Of a stretch of 64,000 nucleotides of DNA, positions 10,133 to 19,281 are shown piece after piece; position 1 is the stretch's first letter; every line of letters begins with the position of its first letter. The stretch spans positions 949-64,948 of the forward strand of contig JAZRIJ010000078.1 of NCBI GenBank assembly GCA_045645205.1. Reading direction: 5' to 3'. A program made the translations under genes and the position numbers. Origin of the DNA: Eubacteriales bacterium (GTDB lineage Bacteria; Bacillota; Clostridia; Oscillospirales; CAG-272). The notes under the pieces are model-generated. The model worked only from the letters and a program-made list of their open reading frames with translations, was not told the DNA's origin and ran no database searches.

Positions 10133-11233
10133 ATGGCAGATTTGAAATTTAAGTATGAAGACCTGAAAAGATTTTGTATTGATATTTTTGAGAAATTCGG
10201 TTTTGACAAAAAGAACAGTGAAATAATCACCGATGTTCTTCTTCTCTCCGACCTCTACGGTATCGACTCTCACGGCACACAGCGCCTTCTCCGTTACTAT
10301 AAGCACCTCCAGACAGGTCTTATCAAGGCAGACGCTCAGGCTGAAACAGTTTTTGAGACCCCCATTTCCGCAGTTATCGACGCTAAGGAAGGCATGGGTC
10401 AGATCGTCAGCTACAACGCTATGAACATGGCTATCGAAAAGGCTGAAAAGAGTGGCATCGGTATGGTTACCGTTAAAAACTCTAACCACTACGGCATTGC
10501 AGGCTACTATGCAAAGATGGCTTGCGATAAGGGTCTTATCGGTATTTCCGTTACAAACACCGAAGCTATAATGGTTCCTACATTTGCGCGTAAGGCTATG
10601 CTCGGAAGCAACCCTATCGCTGTCGCTATGCCTGCTGATCCCTACCCCTTCTTCTTTGACGCTTCTACCTCGGTAGTTACAAGAGGTAAGCTTGAGCTCT
10701 ACAAGAAGCTCGACAAGGAAATGCCTGACTGCTGGGGTCTCGATGCTGACGGCAAGGTAAACACAAACGCTCCTCATGTTCTTGACTGCATTGCGGCTCA
10801 CAAGGGCGGTGGTATTCTCCCCCTCGGCGGCGCATACGAAAAGACAGGCAGCCACAAGGGTTACGGCTACGGTATGCTCTGCGAGATATTCAGCTCAATT
10901 CTTTCACAGGGTCTTACATCAGATAAGACATACTGCGACGGAAAAGCTCTTATCTGCCACGGATTTATTGCTATAAACCCCAACCTCTTCGGCGACCCCG
11001 AAGCTATCAAGAATCATATGTCCGAGTTCCTTCAGGATCTCCGTAACGCTCCTAAGGCTGAAGGCTGCGACAGAATCTATACACACGGCGAAAAAGAAAT
11101 TATCGCTATGGAAGACAGACTTGCAAACGGTATTGCTATCAACATCAACACCGTTAAAGAAATGAAGGGTTGCGCTGAAGGCTTCGGCATGAAGTTCTCC
11201 GACTACTTCGGTGAAACCGGAGCTGAACTTTAA
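10133..11233 (+). CDS. Ldh_2 (malate/L-lactate/sulfolactate dehydrogenase type 2) family oxidoreductase
   Basis: Contains the NSNHYGIAGYY motif. I move the start from the track's 10022 to ATG 10133 (MADLKFKYEDL), which has a GAAAGG RBS 12 nt upstream. Confidence 0.8.
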   Translation: MADLKFKYEDLKRFCIDIFEKFGFDKKNSEIITDVLLLSDLYGIDSHGTQRLLRYYKHLQTGLIKADAQAETVFETPISAVIDAKEGMGQIVSYNAMNMAIEKAEKSGIGMVTVKNSNHYGIAGYYAKMACDKGLIGISVTNTEAIMVPTFARKAMLGSNPIAVAMPADPYPFFFDASTSVVTRGKLELYKKLDKEMPDCWGLDADGKVNTNAPHVLDCIAAHKGGGILPLGGAYEKTGSHKGYGYGMLCEIFSSILSQGLTSDKTYCDGKALICHGFIAINPNLFGDPEAIKNHMSEFLQDLRNAPKAEGCDRIYTHGEKEIIAMEDRLANGIAININTVKEMKGCAEGFGMKFSDYFGETGAEL

Positions 11234-11240
11234 TCTATTC

Positions 11241-11267
11241 TTTTTTCTGCGCTCCGCGCAGAAAAAA
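11241..11267 (+). terminator. Bidirectional intrinsic terminator
   Basis: ttttttCTGCGCtccGCGCAGaaaaaa, immediately after the stop at 11233. Confidence 0.75.
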
Positions 11268-11277
11268 CAAAACGAAC

Positions 11278-11344
11278 GCTTGTGCTGAAGGCTTTGGGTA
11301 TCGACTTCGCTGAATACTTCGGCGACATCGGCGCTGGACTTTAA
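11278..11344 (+). pseudogene. Relic 3' end of a second Ldh_2 allele
   Basis: About 67 nt align with the last ~65 nt of the preceding gene (CAEGFG.IDFAEYFGDIGAGL* versus CAEGFGMKFSDYFGETGAEL*). The relic has one extra G that breaks the frame. Confidence 0.7.
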
Positions 11345-11390
11345 GATATAATTAATTATTTAAAAAAATATATAAAGGTGGTATTTAACT

Positions 11391-11630
11391 ATGGAAACCT
11401 TGAAGAAAATTTTTCCGTTCTCTTTTACGGCAAAGAAAGACCTCGTTGCTTTGATCATCAACATTCTTATTTACATTGCTCTTGATGTTGTGATCGGTTT
11501 TGTTATCGGACTTTTGGCAAACATTCCGTTGATTGGTATTATCTTCGGTCTTGTAGGCGGTCTCGTCGGTTTGTACTTCTTCGTAGGCGCTATACTCTCA
11601 GTTCTTGACTACCTTAAAGTCTTGAAGTAA
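11391..11630 (+). CDS. Small two-TM membrane protein, unknown function
   Basis: 79 aa with an AAGGTGG RBS upstream and two long hydrophobic stretches. Confidence 0.6.
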   Translation: METLKKIFPFSFTAKKDLVALIINILIYIALDVVIGFVIGLLANIPLIGIIFGLVGGLVGLYFFVGAILSVLDYLKVLK

Positions 11631-11704
11631 TTCGACATAATAACAATCTTTCGAATGTTTCGGTTTCACCCGAAACATTCTTTTTTTGTTTGTGCACAGT
11701 GGCT

Positions 11705-11925
11705 ATGAGATCCTTCGACTTCGGCGTAAACCGCCTCCGCTCAGGATGACGAGCATAGGTTGGTCATTTTGAGCGAGCAACGCAAACTAATGTTTTCCGC
11801 CAAACTTTACGGCGAGTCGAAAAATCCCATTAAGTTTCTGCAAGCTTTATGAGATCCTTCGACTACGGCGTTACCGCCTCCGCTCAGGATGACGATAATG
11901 ATTATGTTTCTTTGCTCAGGATGAC
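11705..11925 (+). repeat. Intergenic repeat family A, composite copy (A1-A2-A1)
   Basis: The A1 unit (atgagatccttcgac-N-ccgctcaggatgac) occurs twice. The two copies flank an A2 unit (..ggtcattttgagcgagc..ggcgagtcgaaaaatcccattaagttt..). Confidence 0.9.
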
Positions 11926-11987
11926 AAGAACACTATAAGGCACAAAAAGCCCTTGACTTTTTCAGTCAAAGGCTTTTTATTATTGAA

Positions 11988-14900
11988 TTATTTTGCTGTG
12001 AATGTATAGTTCTGAATTAAATGACATCCGGAGCTAATCGTTCCATCATTTTTAATTAAACCGGATACAACTACATGCAAATCTACTGTATATGTTTCTC
12101 CAGGTACAAAGCTAAAGCCTTCAAAATCAAATCCAGAAAGATCATATTCTCCAGTATGATAAGAATGTGTATTAGCTGTACCCTGCACCGTTAACGATAT
12201 ATTGTCTGTGTGCTTGAATAACTCATTTTCGCCCTGCTTTACAGCTGCTGTAACAGAAATAATTTGTCTGTTCGACTTCACAATACCGGAAAGTTTACCA
12301 TTCGGAAGAGTGTTGTCTAAATTAAGACCGGTTACATATGTAAATTCTGTATCTGAGTTACCTGTAGCAAGCTCGGGGATAGTAATAGGTAAATAACCAT
12401 ACTCTAAAAGATATTCAAATGTAGATGATTTTTCTTGTATCGAGGATTGAGTATTTTTAAAAATATACCGGTTAGAAGCTCCTGCCGCCTGATCTATACA
12501 ATTTACAGAGCTATTTTGTATCAACCAATTAAACTGGCTATCAGTAAAATTATCAATCTGCTCGTTAGTATAATCATTAATCGCCCCATCAACACTTAAC
12601 ACAAGACGCGCATGACGTCCACCATTACTATTAATGTATATAATCGCATCGCCTTTCTGAAGTTCCTTATAGGCTTTTACTATCTCTCTTTTTCCTATAT
12701 TAGTAATCGCATTAACAGTATTATAGCTTGGTATATCATTAAAATCATAATAATTACCAACCGGTATAACTCCGCAGTAATCCGATGAAAGCACATCGTA
12801 AGTGGTATTCATCTTTTGAATCTCTTCCCTATTATTAAGTACTGTATTCCATGACAAAATAACAGACGTTATACAGTCGTTTCCGGGGAAAGTTCTAAAG
12901 TTCTGGCGACCTGCCTCTTTTTGTTCTGCGGTAAGAAGTTTATCAAGGTTACTTTCATTAGTCATTAGATTAACATAACTGCTCTCTAACGGAATATATG
13001 CCCCGTCAAGTTCACTCATAGATTTAAACGTTTCTACTTGAGACATTGTATAATTTATGTATGGCAATCCTTTGTATGTCACTCCGGCACGGAATATTGC
13101 TTTCATCTGTGTAGTACCATTACTTGAACTATCATTATAGATTATAAAAGTTTCCGTAGGTGTCCATTCAATATTTGCCATATTCCGCATATAAGCTACA
13201 ACTTTGTTACGCAATTCATTTACTCTGGTTTGACTTGCATACTGCACGTTTTCACTATATTGGTAACTAACATCAACAAGATTACTCTGAAGGAACTGCT
13301 TTATCCCCGCCGATTCATTTTCATTATTTATTGCTTTTTTGGCTATTTGGTAAGGATTTCTTTCGATTATTTCCGAATATCTGTAGTATTCTTCGCCATT
13401 GTAAATAATCTTTACATACGCTCTTGCCTTGTAGTTTGTGCAGTAGTTATTTTCTCTGATCACTCCTCCACCCAAACCGAGCACTGTAAACTCTGTCTTC
13501 ATTCGGTCTGTTGTAGTTTGATACAAATCTTTGTATCCATTGGTTTCAGTTTTAACAGGCTGACCATCATACATACCAGCGGATTGCTTGTGATTGAAAT
13601 ATTCATCGCTTATAAGCATATCAGAGGCAATCGAAATTATACCACATTCAACCGTTTCTATGTAGCTTGAATACTTATTTGTATAGTTTGCCTTAAAACG
13701 TATCTGCTGGTCGCCTTCTGTTGTTTTTATCTGCGCGCCCTCTATCTCTACATCAGGCGCTTTGATTACATTAATTTGTTCTTTATGGTATGATTGATCA
13801 CCATAGTAATATTCAACAGTAACACCTTCTGCTTCTGTTGTTGTATTGCACTTTGCGTTGAATGCCCTAACATTATCTATGTTGCATCTGACAGTATAAG
13901 TTCCCGCTATAGCGGTATTAGTCTGTTCATTCTTATAAGTTACATTAAGAACTGCTCCGTCACTTGATACAGTTGTGTCGCCAACAAATGCAACTTTGTT
14001 CGAGGGAACGGAGAGGAGTGTAATAGTATTAACCCATTTTGCAGGGTACATTATATTTTTATTACTGGATAAACTTCCGACACTTGTTATAATATTGTTG
14101 AGTTGGCTATTCTGTACATTTGATGCCTCTGACAAGTCAACATTTGTTTTGGATGCTACGTTGTTTACTCCATTGGAATCATATTGGAATCTATCAGCTA
14201 TAGGAGAAGTTTGGCTAAATGTTCCACCGTAAATTTTTATATTAACTTCAGCATCTTCATTTATAAAACCGCCTGCACCGGCACCATATATTTTTGTGTT
14301 GATTGTTCCGTCTTTAATAATTATATCAACATTTCCATCCATATTCGCGCCTGCACCCACATTTCGAGAACCGCCCGAGATACCATTTTTAAAAGTTCCG
14401 CCCTCAATTGTTATCTTTGAATCACCTGTGTGAGTATATGAGCCGCTGTTTATTCCCCAGCTTGAACCCACCACATTAAAGTATGTACCGCTTTTTATTG
14501 TGATATTAGTATCCCCTGTCATTGCCTTGTAACGAGTACCACCTGCAATGGAAATAAAAGATGTTGAATTGGGATTATCGGTATCTATACCATCACCAAA
14601 CACAGTTTTGTTTCCATTACAGCATATAACTCTGTCACCACTGTTCGTATAAAGCTTTATATTTTCAAATACAGTGGGAGCATTTAAAATTAATACTGCC
14701 TTTCCTGAAAGAGTTAAATTAGCAACCTCAGTATAATCTTCATTGTCATATTTACTTGTTATACAAAGAGTTTTATCCGATTTCGGAAAAACAAACTCAG
14801 CGTAACCATTACTAGGATTACTTGTGAAACCTGTGCATTGAACATTACCAATTTCTAAAGAACCGCATATTACAATAGTACCGCCCACCTTAGATAACTT

Positions 14901-15155
14901 TTCAGCAGCACGGTATAGCGCTGTGTTTTTATAAAAATTCGTTCCATCATAACCGGCATCAGTTTGAGCAAGATTGCCCATAGCATTGGCTGATGATGAG
15001 CCGTCGCCTGTCCCGCTCACCGTATCTTTGATATATATTACATCATTTAACACAACGATTTCTTCTTGCGCTGATGAATGAAGTGTCAGCACGGATAATG
15101 ATATAACCACTGTCAATACCAATGCCATGCTAAAAAGTGCTAAAAAACGTTTCAT
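11988..15155 (-). CDS. Large secreted protein with beta-helix-like repeats and a possible NlpC/P60-like C-terminal region
   Basis: Has a signal peptide (MKRFLALFSMALVLTVVISL). The N-terminal third has repeated G-rich turns (ITIKSGTYFNVVG, KITIEGGTFKNGISGG, VDIIIKDGTINTKIYGAGAGG). A GNDC...H-type motif occurs later. The function call is weak. Confidence 0.55.
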   Translation of the reverse strand: MKRFLALFSMALVLTVVISLSVLTLHSSAQEEIVVLNDVIYIKDTVSGTGDGSSSANAMGNLAQTDAGYDGTNFYKNTALYRAAEKLSKVGGTIVICGSLEIGNVQCTGFTSNPSNGYAEFVFPKSDKTLCITSKYDNEDYTEVANLTLSGKAVLILNAPTVFENIKLYTNSGDRVICCNGNKTVFGDGIDTDNPNSTSFISIAGGTRYKAMTGDTNITIKSGTYFNVVGSSWGINSGSYTHTGDSKITIEGGTFKNGISGGSRNVGAGANMDGNVDIIIKDGTINTKIYGAGAGGFINEDAEVNIKIYGGTFSQTSPIADRFQYDSNGVNNVASKTNVDLSEASNVQNSQLNNIITSVGSLSSNKNIMYPAKWVNTITLLSVPSNKVAFVGDTTVSSDGAVLNVTYKNEQTNTAIAGTYTVRCNIDNVRAFNAKCNTTTEAEGVTVEYYYGDQSYHKEQINVIKAPDVEIEGAQIKTTEGDQQIRFKANYTNKYSSYIETVECGIISIASDMLISDEYFNHKQSAGMYDGQPVKTETNGYKDLYQTTTDRMKTEFTVLGLGGGVIRENNYCTNYKARAYVKIIYNGEEYYRYSEIIERNPYQIAKKAINNENESAGIKQFLQSNLVDVSYQYSENVQYASQTRVNELRNKVVAYMRNMANIEWTPTETFIIYNDSSSNGTTQMKAIFRAGVTYKGLPYINYTMSQVETFKSMSELDGAYIPLESSYVNLMTNESNLDKLLTAEQKEAGRQNFRTFPGNDCITSVILSWNTVLNNREEIQKMNTTYDVLSSDYCGVIPVGNYYDFNDIPSYNTVNAITNIGKREIVKAYKELQKGDAIIYINSNGGRHARLVLSVDGAINDYTNEQIDNFTDSQFNWLIQNSSVNCIDQAAGASNRYIFKNTQSSIQEKSSTFEYLLEYGYLPITIPELATGNSDTEFTYVTGLNLDNTLPNGKLSGIVKSNRQIISVTAAVKQGENELFKHTDNISLTVQGTANTHSYHTGEYDLSGFDFEGFSFVPGETYTVDLHVVVSGLIKNDGTISSGCHLIQNYTFTAK

Positions 15156-15332
15156 TGTTAATACTCCTTATTGTTAAAAATAATCAATTATATTATATAG
15201 TACATTTTGCTAACAGTCAATGGACAAAACAACTTTTTATGGACAAAACGACGAAGCAGGCGCGAGTTATTAAATTATTATTTAACGTTTCTTAAACTTT
15301 TTGATACCTTTTATTTGTCGAGACTTTGTTTT

Positions 15333-15497
15333 GCCCTCTCCGCTCAGGATGACGAGCACACCTCCGTCATTTTGAGCGAGCTTCGCAAACTGACGTTTTT
15401 CGCCAAGTTTTAAGGCGAGTCGAAAAATCCCATTAAGTTTCTGCAGGCTTTATGAGATCCTTCGACTTCGGCGCAAACCGCCTCCGCTCAGGATGAC
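15333..15497 (+). repeat. Intergenic repeat family A copy (A1 tail-A2-A1)
   Basis: Same sequence modules as at 11705-11925, in the same orientation. Confidence 0.9.
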
Positions 15498-15581
15498 AAT
15501 AGTGGTGAAGTGGAACATTCCAAAGGCTATGTAATTACAAATGGCTCCCTTTACACAAGAGAGCCTATTGGTTGCTTTGTA

Positions 15582-16526
15582 TTATATAATCTGCGCTACA
15601 CCGACTATAAGCGGTAGTGTTATTACCGAAATGGCTGTGGTCATTCCGACACAGGTTGCTGCATATCCCGGCTCTATATCATACAACTCCGCAAACATAT
15701 TTGTTATGCTTGCTGTGGGGAGCCCTGCCATTATCAGCGTAAACATACATATCTCCGCATTCAGACCTACCACATATTTGGCAAGCAGATATATAACAAG
15801 CGGGAACACTATAAGCTTTATTAGACATACATAATATATCTTCAAGTCGCCGAAAAGCCTTTTAACAGGATGTGTTGCCAAAACGCCGCCAAGAACAAGC
15901 AGAGATATGGGAGTACAGAGACCGCCGATGTAGCCCAATGCTGTGGTTATTCCTGCAGGCATATATTCATACATATTTGCAAAATAAAGCAACACACCGA
16001 GAGTACACGGAACCGTTCCGTAGTTCAAAAACACTTTTTTGGGGTTGAGCTTTATATCATCTCTGCCGCGTCCTAAAACTATCATTCCGTAGGTCCATGC
16101 AAATATGTGGAATATTATTGAATAGAACGACGCCCACGCGACTGCCTCCGAGCCGAACATCTGCTCAACTATCGGCAGACCGAAAAACATTACGTTTGCA
16201 AAAAGGATACTGTGCTCCGACAGCTTTCTTGAGTTTTCTTCTTTCATAAAACGCATGGACAGCCAGCCTGTTACAGCCGCCAATGTATGTACTCCCAGGC
16301 TTATAAGCAATATCTTGCCGAGAAGCTTTGTGTTGTCCAGTGTCATCTGCATCTTTATCATGGATGATACGATAAGCACCGGCTGTGTTACGTGAAGCAC
16401 AAGCTTCGACAGGCTCTTCGAGAACTGCGCGTCTATCACATTTTTCTTGCGCAGATAGTAGCCTACCATCATTACAAGAAACATACTTACTGCTATATTT
16501 AATACTATACTGCTGTCAAATTCCAT
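15582..16526 (-). CDS. AEC (auxin efflux carrier) family permease
   Basis: 314 aa with about 10 TM segments and the typical two-half architecture. Confidence 0.75.
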   Translation of the reverse strand: MEFDSSIVLNIAVSMFLVMMVGYYLRKKNVIDAQFSKSLSKLVLHVTQPVLIVSSMIKMQMTLDNTKLLGKILLISLGVHTLAAVTGWLSMRFMKEENSRKLSEHSILFANVMFFGLPIVEQMFGSEAVAWASFYSIIFHIFAWTYGMIVLGRGRDDIKLNPKKVFLNYGTVPCTLGVLLYFANMYEYMPAGITTALGYIGGLCTPISLLVLGGVLATHPVKRLFGDLKIYYVCLIKLIVFPLVIYLLAKYVVGLNAEICMFTLIMAGLPTASITNMFAELYDIEPGYAATCVGMTTAISVITLPLIVGVAQII

Positions 16527-16528
16527 TG

Positions 16529-17110
16529 TTATTTTTCAACCTCGTCAAGTCTCTTCTTTATTTTTTGCATATCTATCAGCATATCTTCTTTTCTTCTCGG
16601 ATCTCTTAAAAGCGCCGCAGGATGATATACCGCGCATATCGTAAATCCGTTTTTCTCAAAAAATATGCCGTGTTCTTTGGTTATCATAAAATCTTCTTTT
16701 ATGAGCCTTTTTGCCGATATTCTGCCCAGACATACTATTATCTTCGGTCTGATAAGCCTTACCTGTTCGCGAAGATAAGCAATACATTTGTCCTGCTCGT
16801 CTTCCCTCGGGTCACGGTTTTTTGGGGGACGGCATTTCAGCATATTCGCTATAAACACTCTTTCCCTATCGATGTCTACGGCATAAAGAAACTTGTCGAG
16901 AAGCTTACCTGCCGCGCCCACAAAGGGTACGCCGCTCAGATCCTCTTTTTCGCCCGGCGCTTCTCCTATAAACATTATGTCCGCTTTTCTGTTGCCCGAG
17001 CCGAATACTACATTTGTTCTCGTTTCGCATAACGGGCATTTCATACAGCTCTTACATTTCTGTTCAAGTTCTTCCCATTGTTTTTCAATTTCTGTTTCTG
17101 TAATTGACAT
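16529..17110 (-). CDS. Uracil-DNA glycosylase, family 4 (Fe-S type)
   Basis: Cys cluster CKSCMKCPLC followed by the GEAPGEKED..G.PFVG.AG motif. Confidence 0.9.
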   Translation of the reverse strand: MSITETEIEKQWEELEQKCKSCMKCPLCETRTNVVFGSGNRKADIMFIGEAPGEKEDLSGVPFVGAAGKLLDKFLYAVDIDRERVFIANMLKCRPPKNRDPREDEQDKCIAYLREQVRLIRPKIIVCLGRISAKRLIKEDFMITKEHGIFFEKNGFTICAVYHPAALLRDPRRKEDMLIDMQKIKKRLDEVEK

Positions 17111-17146
17111 TTCTCCCTGTCCTTTTTTGTTTTTCCCTGTTTTTTA

Positions 17147-17770
17147 TTAAATCGTTCCTATAAGCCTGACAGCATCCTTTCCCACTATCCTGTCAGCGTG
17201 CTCTTCTATGTATATCAAAGCCTCTTTGCCGCCTATTCTCCTGCCATACTCTGCCGCAAGGTCGCTTTTTGTTACATTCTTCCGCTTGTTATACTGACTG
17301 TTCTGAGGCATTTCCTCCTGTAGAACAAGATAATATCTCGCGCCACCGTTTGCCATTCTTTGCGAATAGAGTATACTTTCGTTTTCGTAACCGCTTTTAT
17401 GTAATATGTTACATGCCGAAACGGTATCGTCTATACCGTCAAATGAATAAACACAGTATTCTTTTTTCTTCCTCACAGATGTGTTTTTTTCTTTTGCGCC
17501 CATCCTTTTTTCGTTTCTGCATTCATCGCCGTTTCGCGTTACGTATACCTCACATCCGCCGTTTTTTGACGGATATACCTGTATAAACAACTTGCTTGAG
17601 TTGCTGTCAAACCCCGTCTTTTTCCTCGCCTCATCAAGTATTGCGGAAAAAATTTTCCGAATGTCTTTTTTCTCGTATGTCAATAATTCATCCGATATGT
17701 CATAATTTTCCATATCTGATGCAGTCAACATGATCTTCAGCTTTGAGTCGCTTATCAATATCAGTTCCAT
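17147..17770 (-). CDS. mecA: MecA-like adaptor protein
   Basis: The N-terminus MELILISDSKLKIMLTASDMENYDI resembles the MecA MEIERIN..VK....DLE pattern. The C-terminal YYL...E...EHA..I motif fits, as does the length of 207 aa. Confidence 0.55.
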   Translation of the reverse strand: MELILISDSKLKIMLTASDMENYDISDELLTYEKKDIRKIFSAILDEARKKTGFDSNSSKLFIQVYPSKNGGCEVYVTRNGDECRNEKRMGAKEKNTSVRKKKEYCVYSFDGIDDTVSACNILHKSGYENESILYSQRMANGGARYYLVLQEEMPQNSQYNKRKNVTKSDLAAEYGRRIGGKEALIYIEEHADRIVGKDAVRLIGTI

Positions 17771-17879
17771 TCCTGTGTCCGCCTTTTCGTAATTTGCTTA
17801 TTACTATCATTATACGCTAAGGCTCAAAAAATGTAACCGTAAAGTTTTTGGATTTCCGGGGATTTTTTGGTTTTTTTAT

Positions 17880-18845
17880 TTAAAATTCGTTCTTAAGCGA
17901 ACGTGTAAACAAATTTTGAAGAACGGAATCAGTGTTTTTTCCGTTGTACAAAACATCATACACCGCCGAGCAAATCGGCAGGTCAACATTATACTTTTCG
18001 GCAAGCTTCAATATCGCCTTTACAGTATAATACCCCTCTGCAAGACTGGTATACTGCTCCCCCTTTGCATACATCTCGCCGTACATTCTGTTGTGGCTGA
18101 ACTTTGAAAACAATGTCGCCTCATAGTCGCCCAAATGACAAAGTCCGTATGCCGACAGCTCGTTACCTCCTAAAGCCGCTATAAGACGCGCTATCTCCCT
18201 TGTTCCTCTCGCCATAAGAGGCCCTTTTAAAGAAGACAGCCCCTTTCCGTCAAGCATACCGGCGGCAATACCTATTACGTTTTTTGCGGCGGCGCCTATC
18301 TCGTTTCCTATCAGGTCCTTGCCATAGTAAAAACGAATAAGCTCACTTGAAAACTGTGATATTAAGTAATTCTTGTATTCATCGTTGTCGCTGTCGATAA
18401 CCATGCAGTTTGGTATACCCTTTGTAAATTCCTCCACGTGTCCCGGACCTATCCATACCGCAATCTTTGTTTCGGGAGAGGTCGCCTCGCGCACCACCTC
18501 GGAAAGTCTCATTCCCGTGGAGATCTCTATACCTTTCATGCAGAGTATGTACTCCTTTTCGGAGGCGCCGAAGTCTTGCAGCTCCTGCATAAGTCCTCTA
18601 ACCGCCTGCGAGGGAATAGAAATAACTGTCGTTTTATTCTTTGCGGCTTCTTCTATGCTGTCTGTTATATTTATTCTTTCGCCAAAGTCAACAACACCGT
18701 TTGTACGGGTTTCCATTATTTTTCTAATCTGCGGCAGGTCGTTGCCGTAAAGCGTTACATTATGTCCTACTCTGTCGAGATACCACGCTATGCACGAGCC
18801 CCATCTTCCGCAACCTATTACCGTTATATCCATATTTTCCTCCAA
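17880..18845 (-). CDS. gpsA: NAD(P)H-dependent glycerol-3-phosphate dehydrogenase
   Basis: N-terminal Rossmann fold VIGCGRWGSCIA. The 321-aa length and downstream motifs are typical of GpsA. Confidence 0.85.
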   Translation of the reverse strand: MEENMDITVIGCGRWGSCIAWYLDRVGHNVTLYGNDLPQIRKIMETRTNGVVDFGERINITDSIEEAAKNKTTVISIPSQAVRGLMQELQDFGASEKEYILCMKGIEISTGMRLSEVVREATSPETKIAVWIGPGHVEEFTKGIPNCMVIDSDNDEYKNYLISQFSSELIRFYYGKDLIGNEIGAAAKNVIGIAAGMLDGKGLSSLKGPLMARGTREIARLIAALGGNELSAYGLCHLGDYEATLFSKFSHNRMYGEMYAKGEQYTSLAEGYYTVKAILKLAEKYNVDLPICSAVYDVLYNGKNTDSVLQNLFTRSLKNEF

Positions 18846-19017
18846 AAATCAGAAAAAATGTTTTATATTCCATAAGCTGTATTCTATCATATTTTCTTTT
18901 TAGTGTCAATATGTGTTTATATTTAGATTATTCTTATAATATTTTGTAGAACGGGGGCGGTGTAATATTAAAGCCTCCCCGTTAATGCTGTCCACTTGCA
19001 AAGAGGTTTGGGCTTCC

Positions 19018-19093
19018 CTCTTGCCCTCTCCTGTCGGGGTAGCGAAGCGGCAAGGTGGAAACGGCGGGAGCAAGCCCCCGCCCTACAGTCAAC
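19018..19093 (+). repeat. Intergenic repeat family B copy
   Basis: cttgccctctcctgtcgg...acggcgggagcaagcccccgccctacagtcaac. It recurs at 25973-26102. Confidence 0.85.
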
Positions 19094-19166
19094 ATTAAAG
19101 CGTGTAAATAAAAAAACAGCATTTATTACCTGTAGATTTAAGACAGTATAAATGCTGTTTTTGTTT

Positions 19167-19224
19167 TTGCAGACTTTTATGAGATCCTTCGACTACGGCG
19201 CAAAACGCCTCCGCTCAGGATGAC
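19167..19224 (+). repeat. Intergenic repeat family A copy (A2 tail + A1)
   Basis: ttgcagacttttatgagatccttcgactacggcg..ccgctcaggatgac. Confidence 0.9.
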
Positions 19225-19281
19225 AATCCTTTATTACCTTTTGTTTTTTTATACAAATTTTTTTAGAATGGAGAAAAAGTT

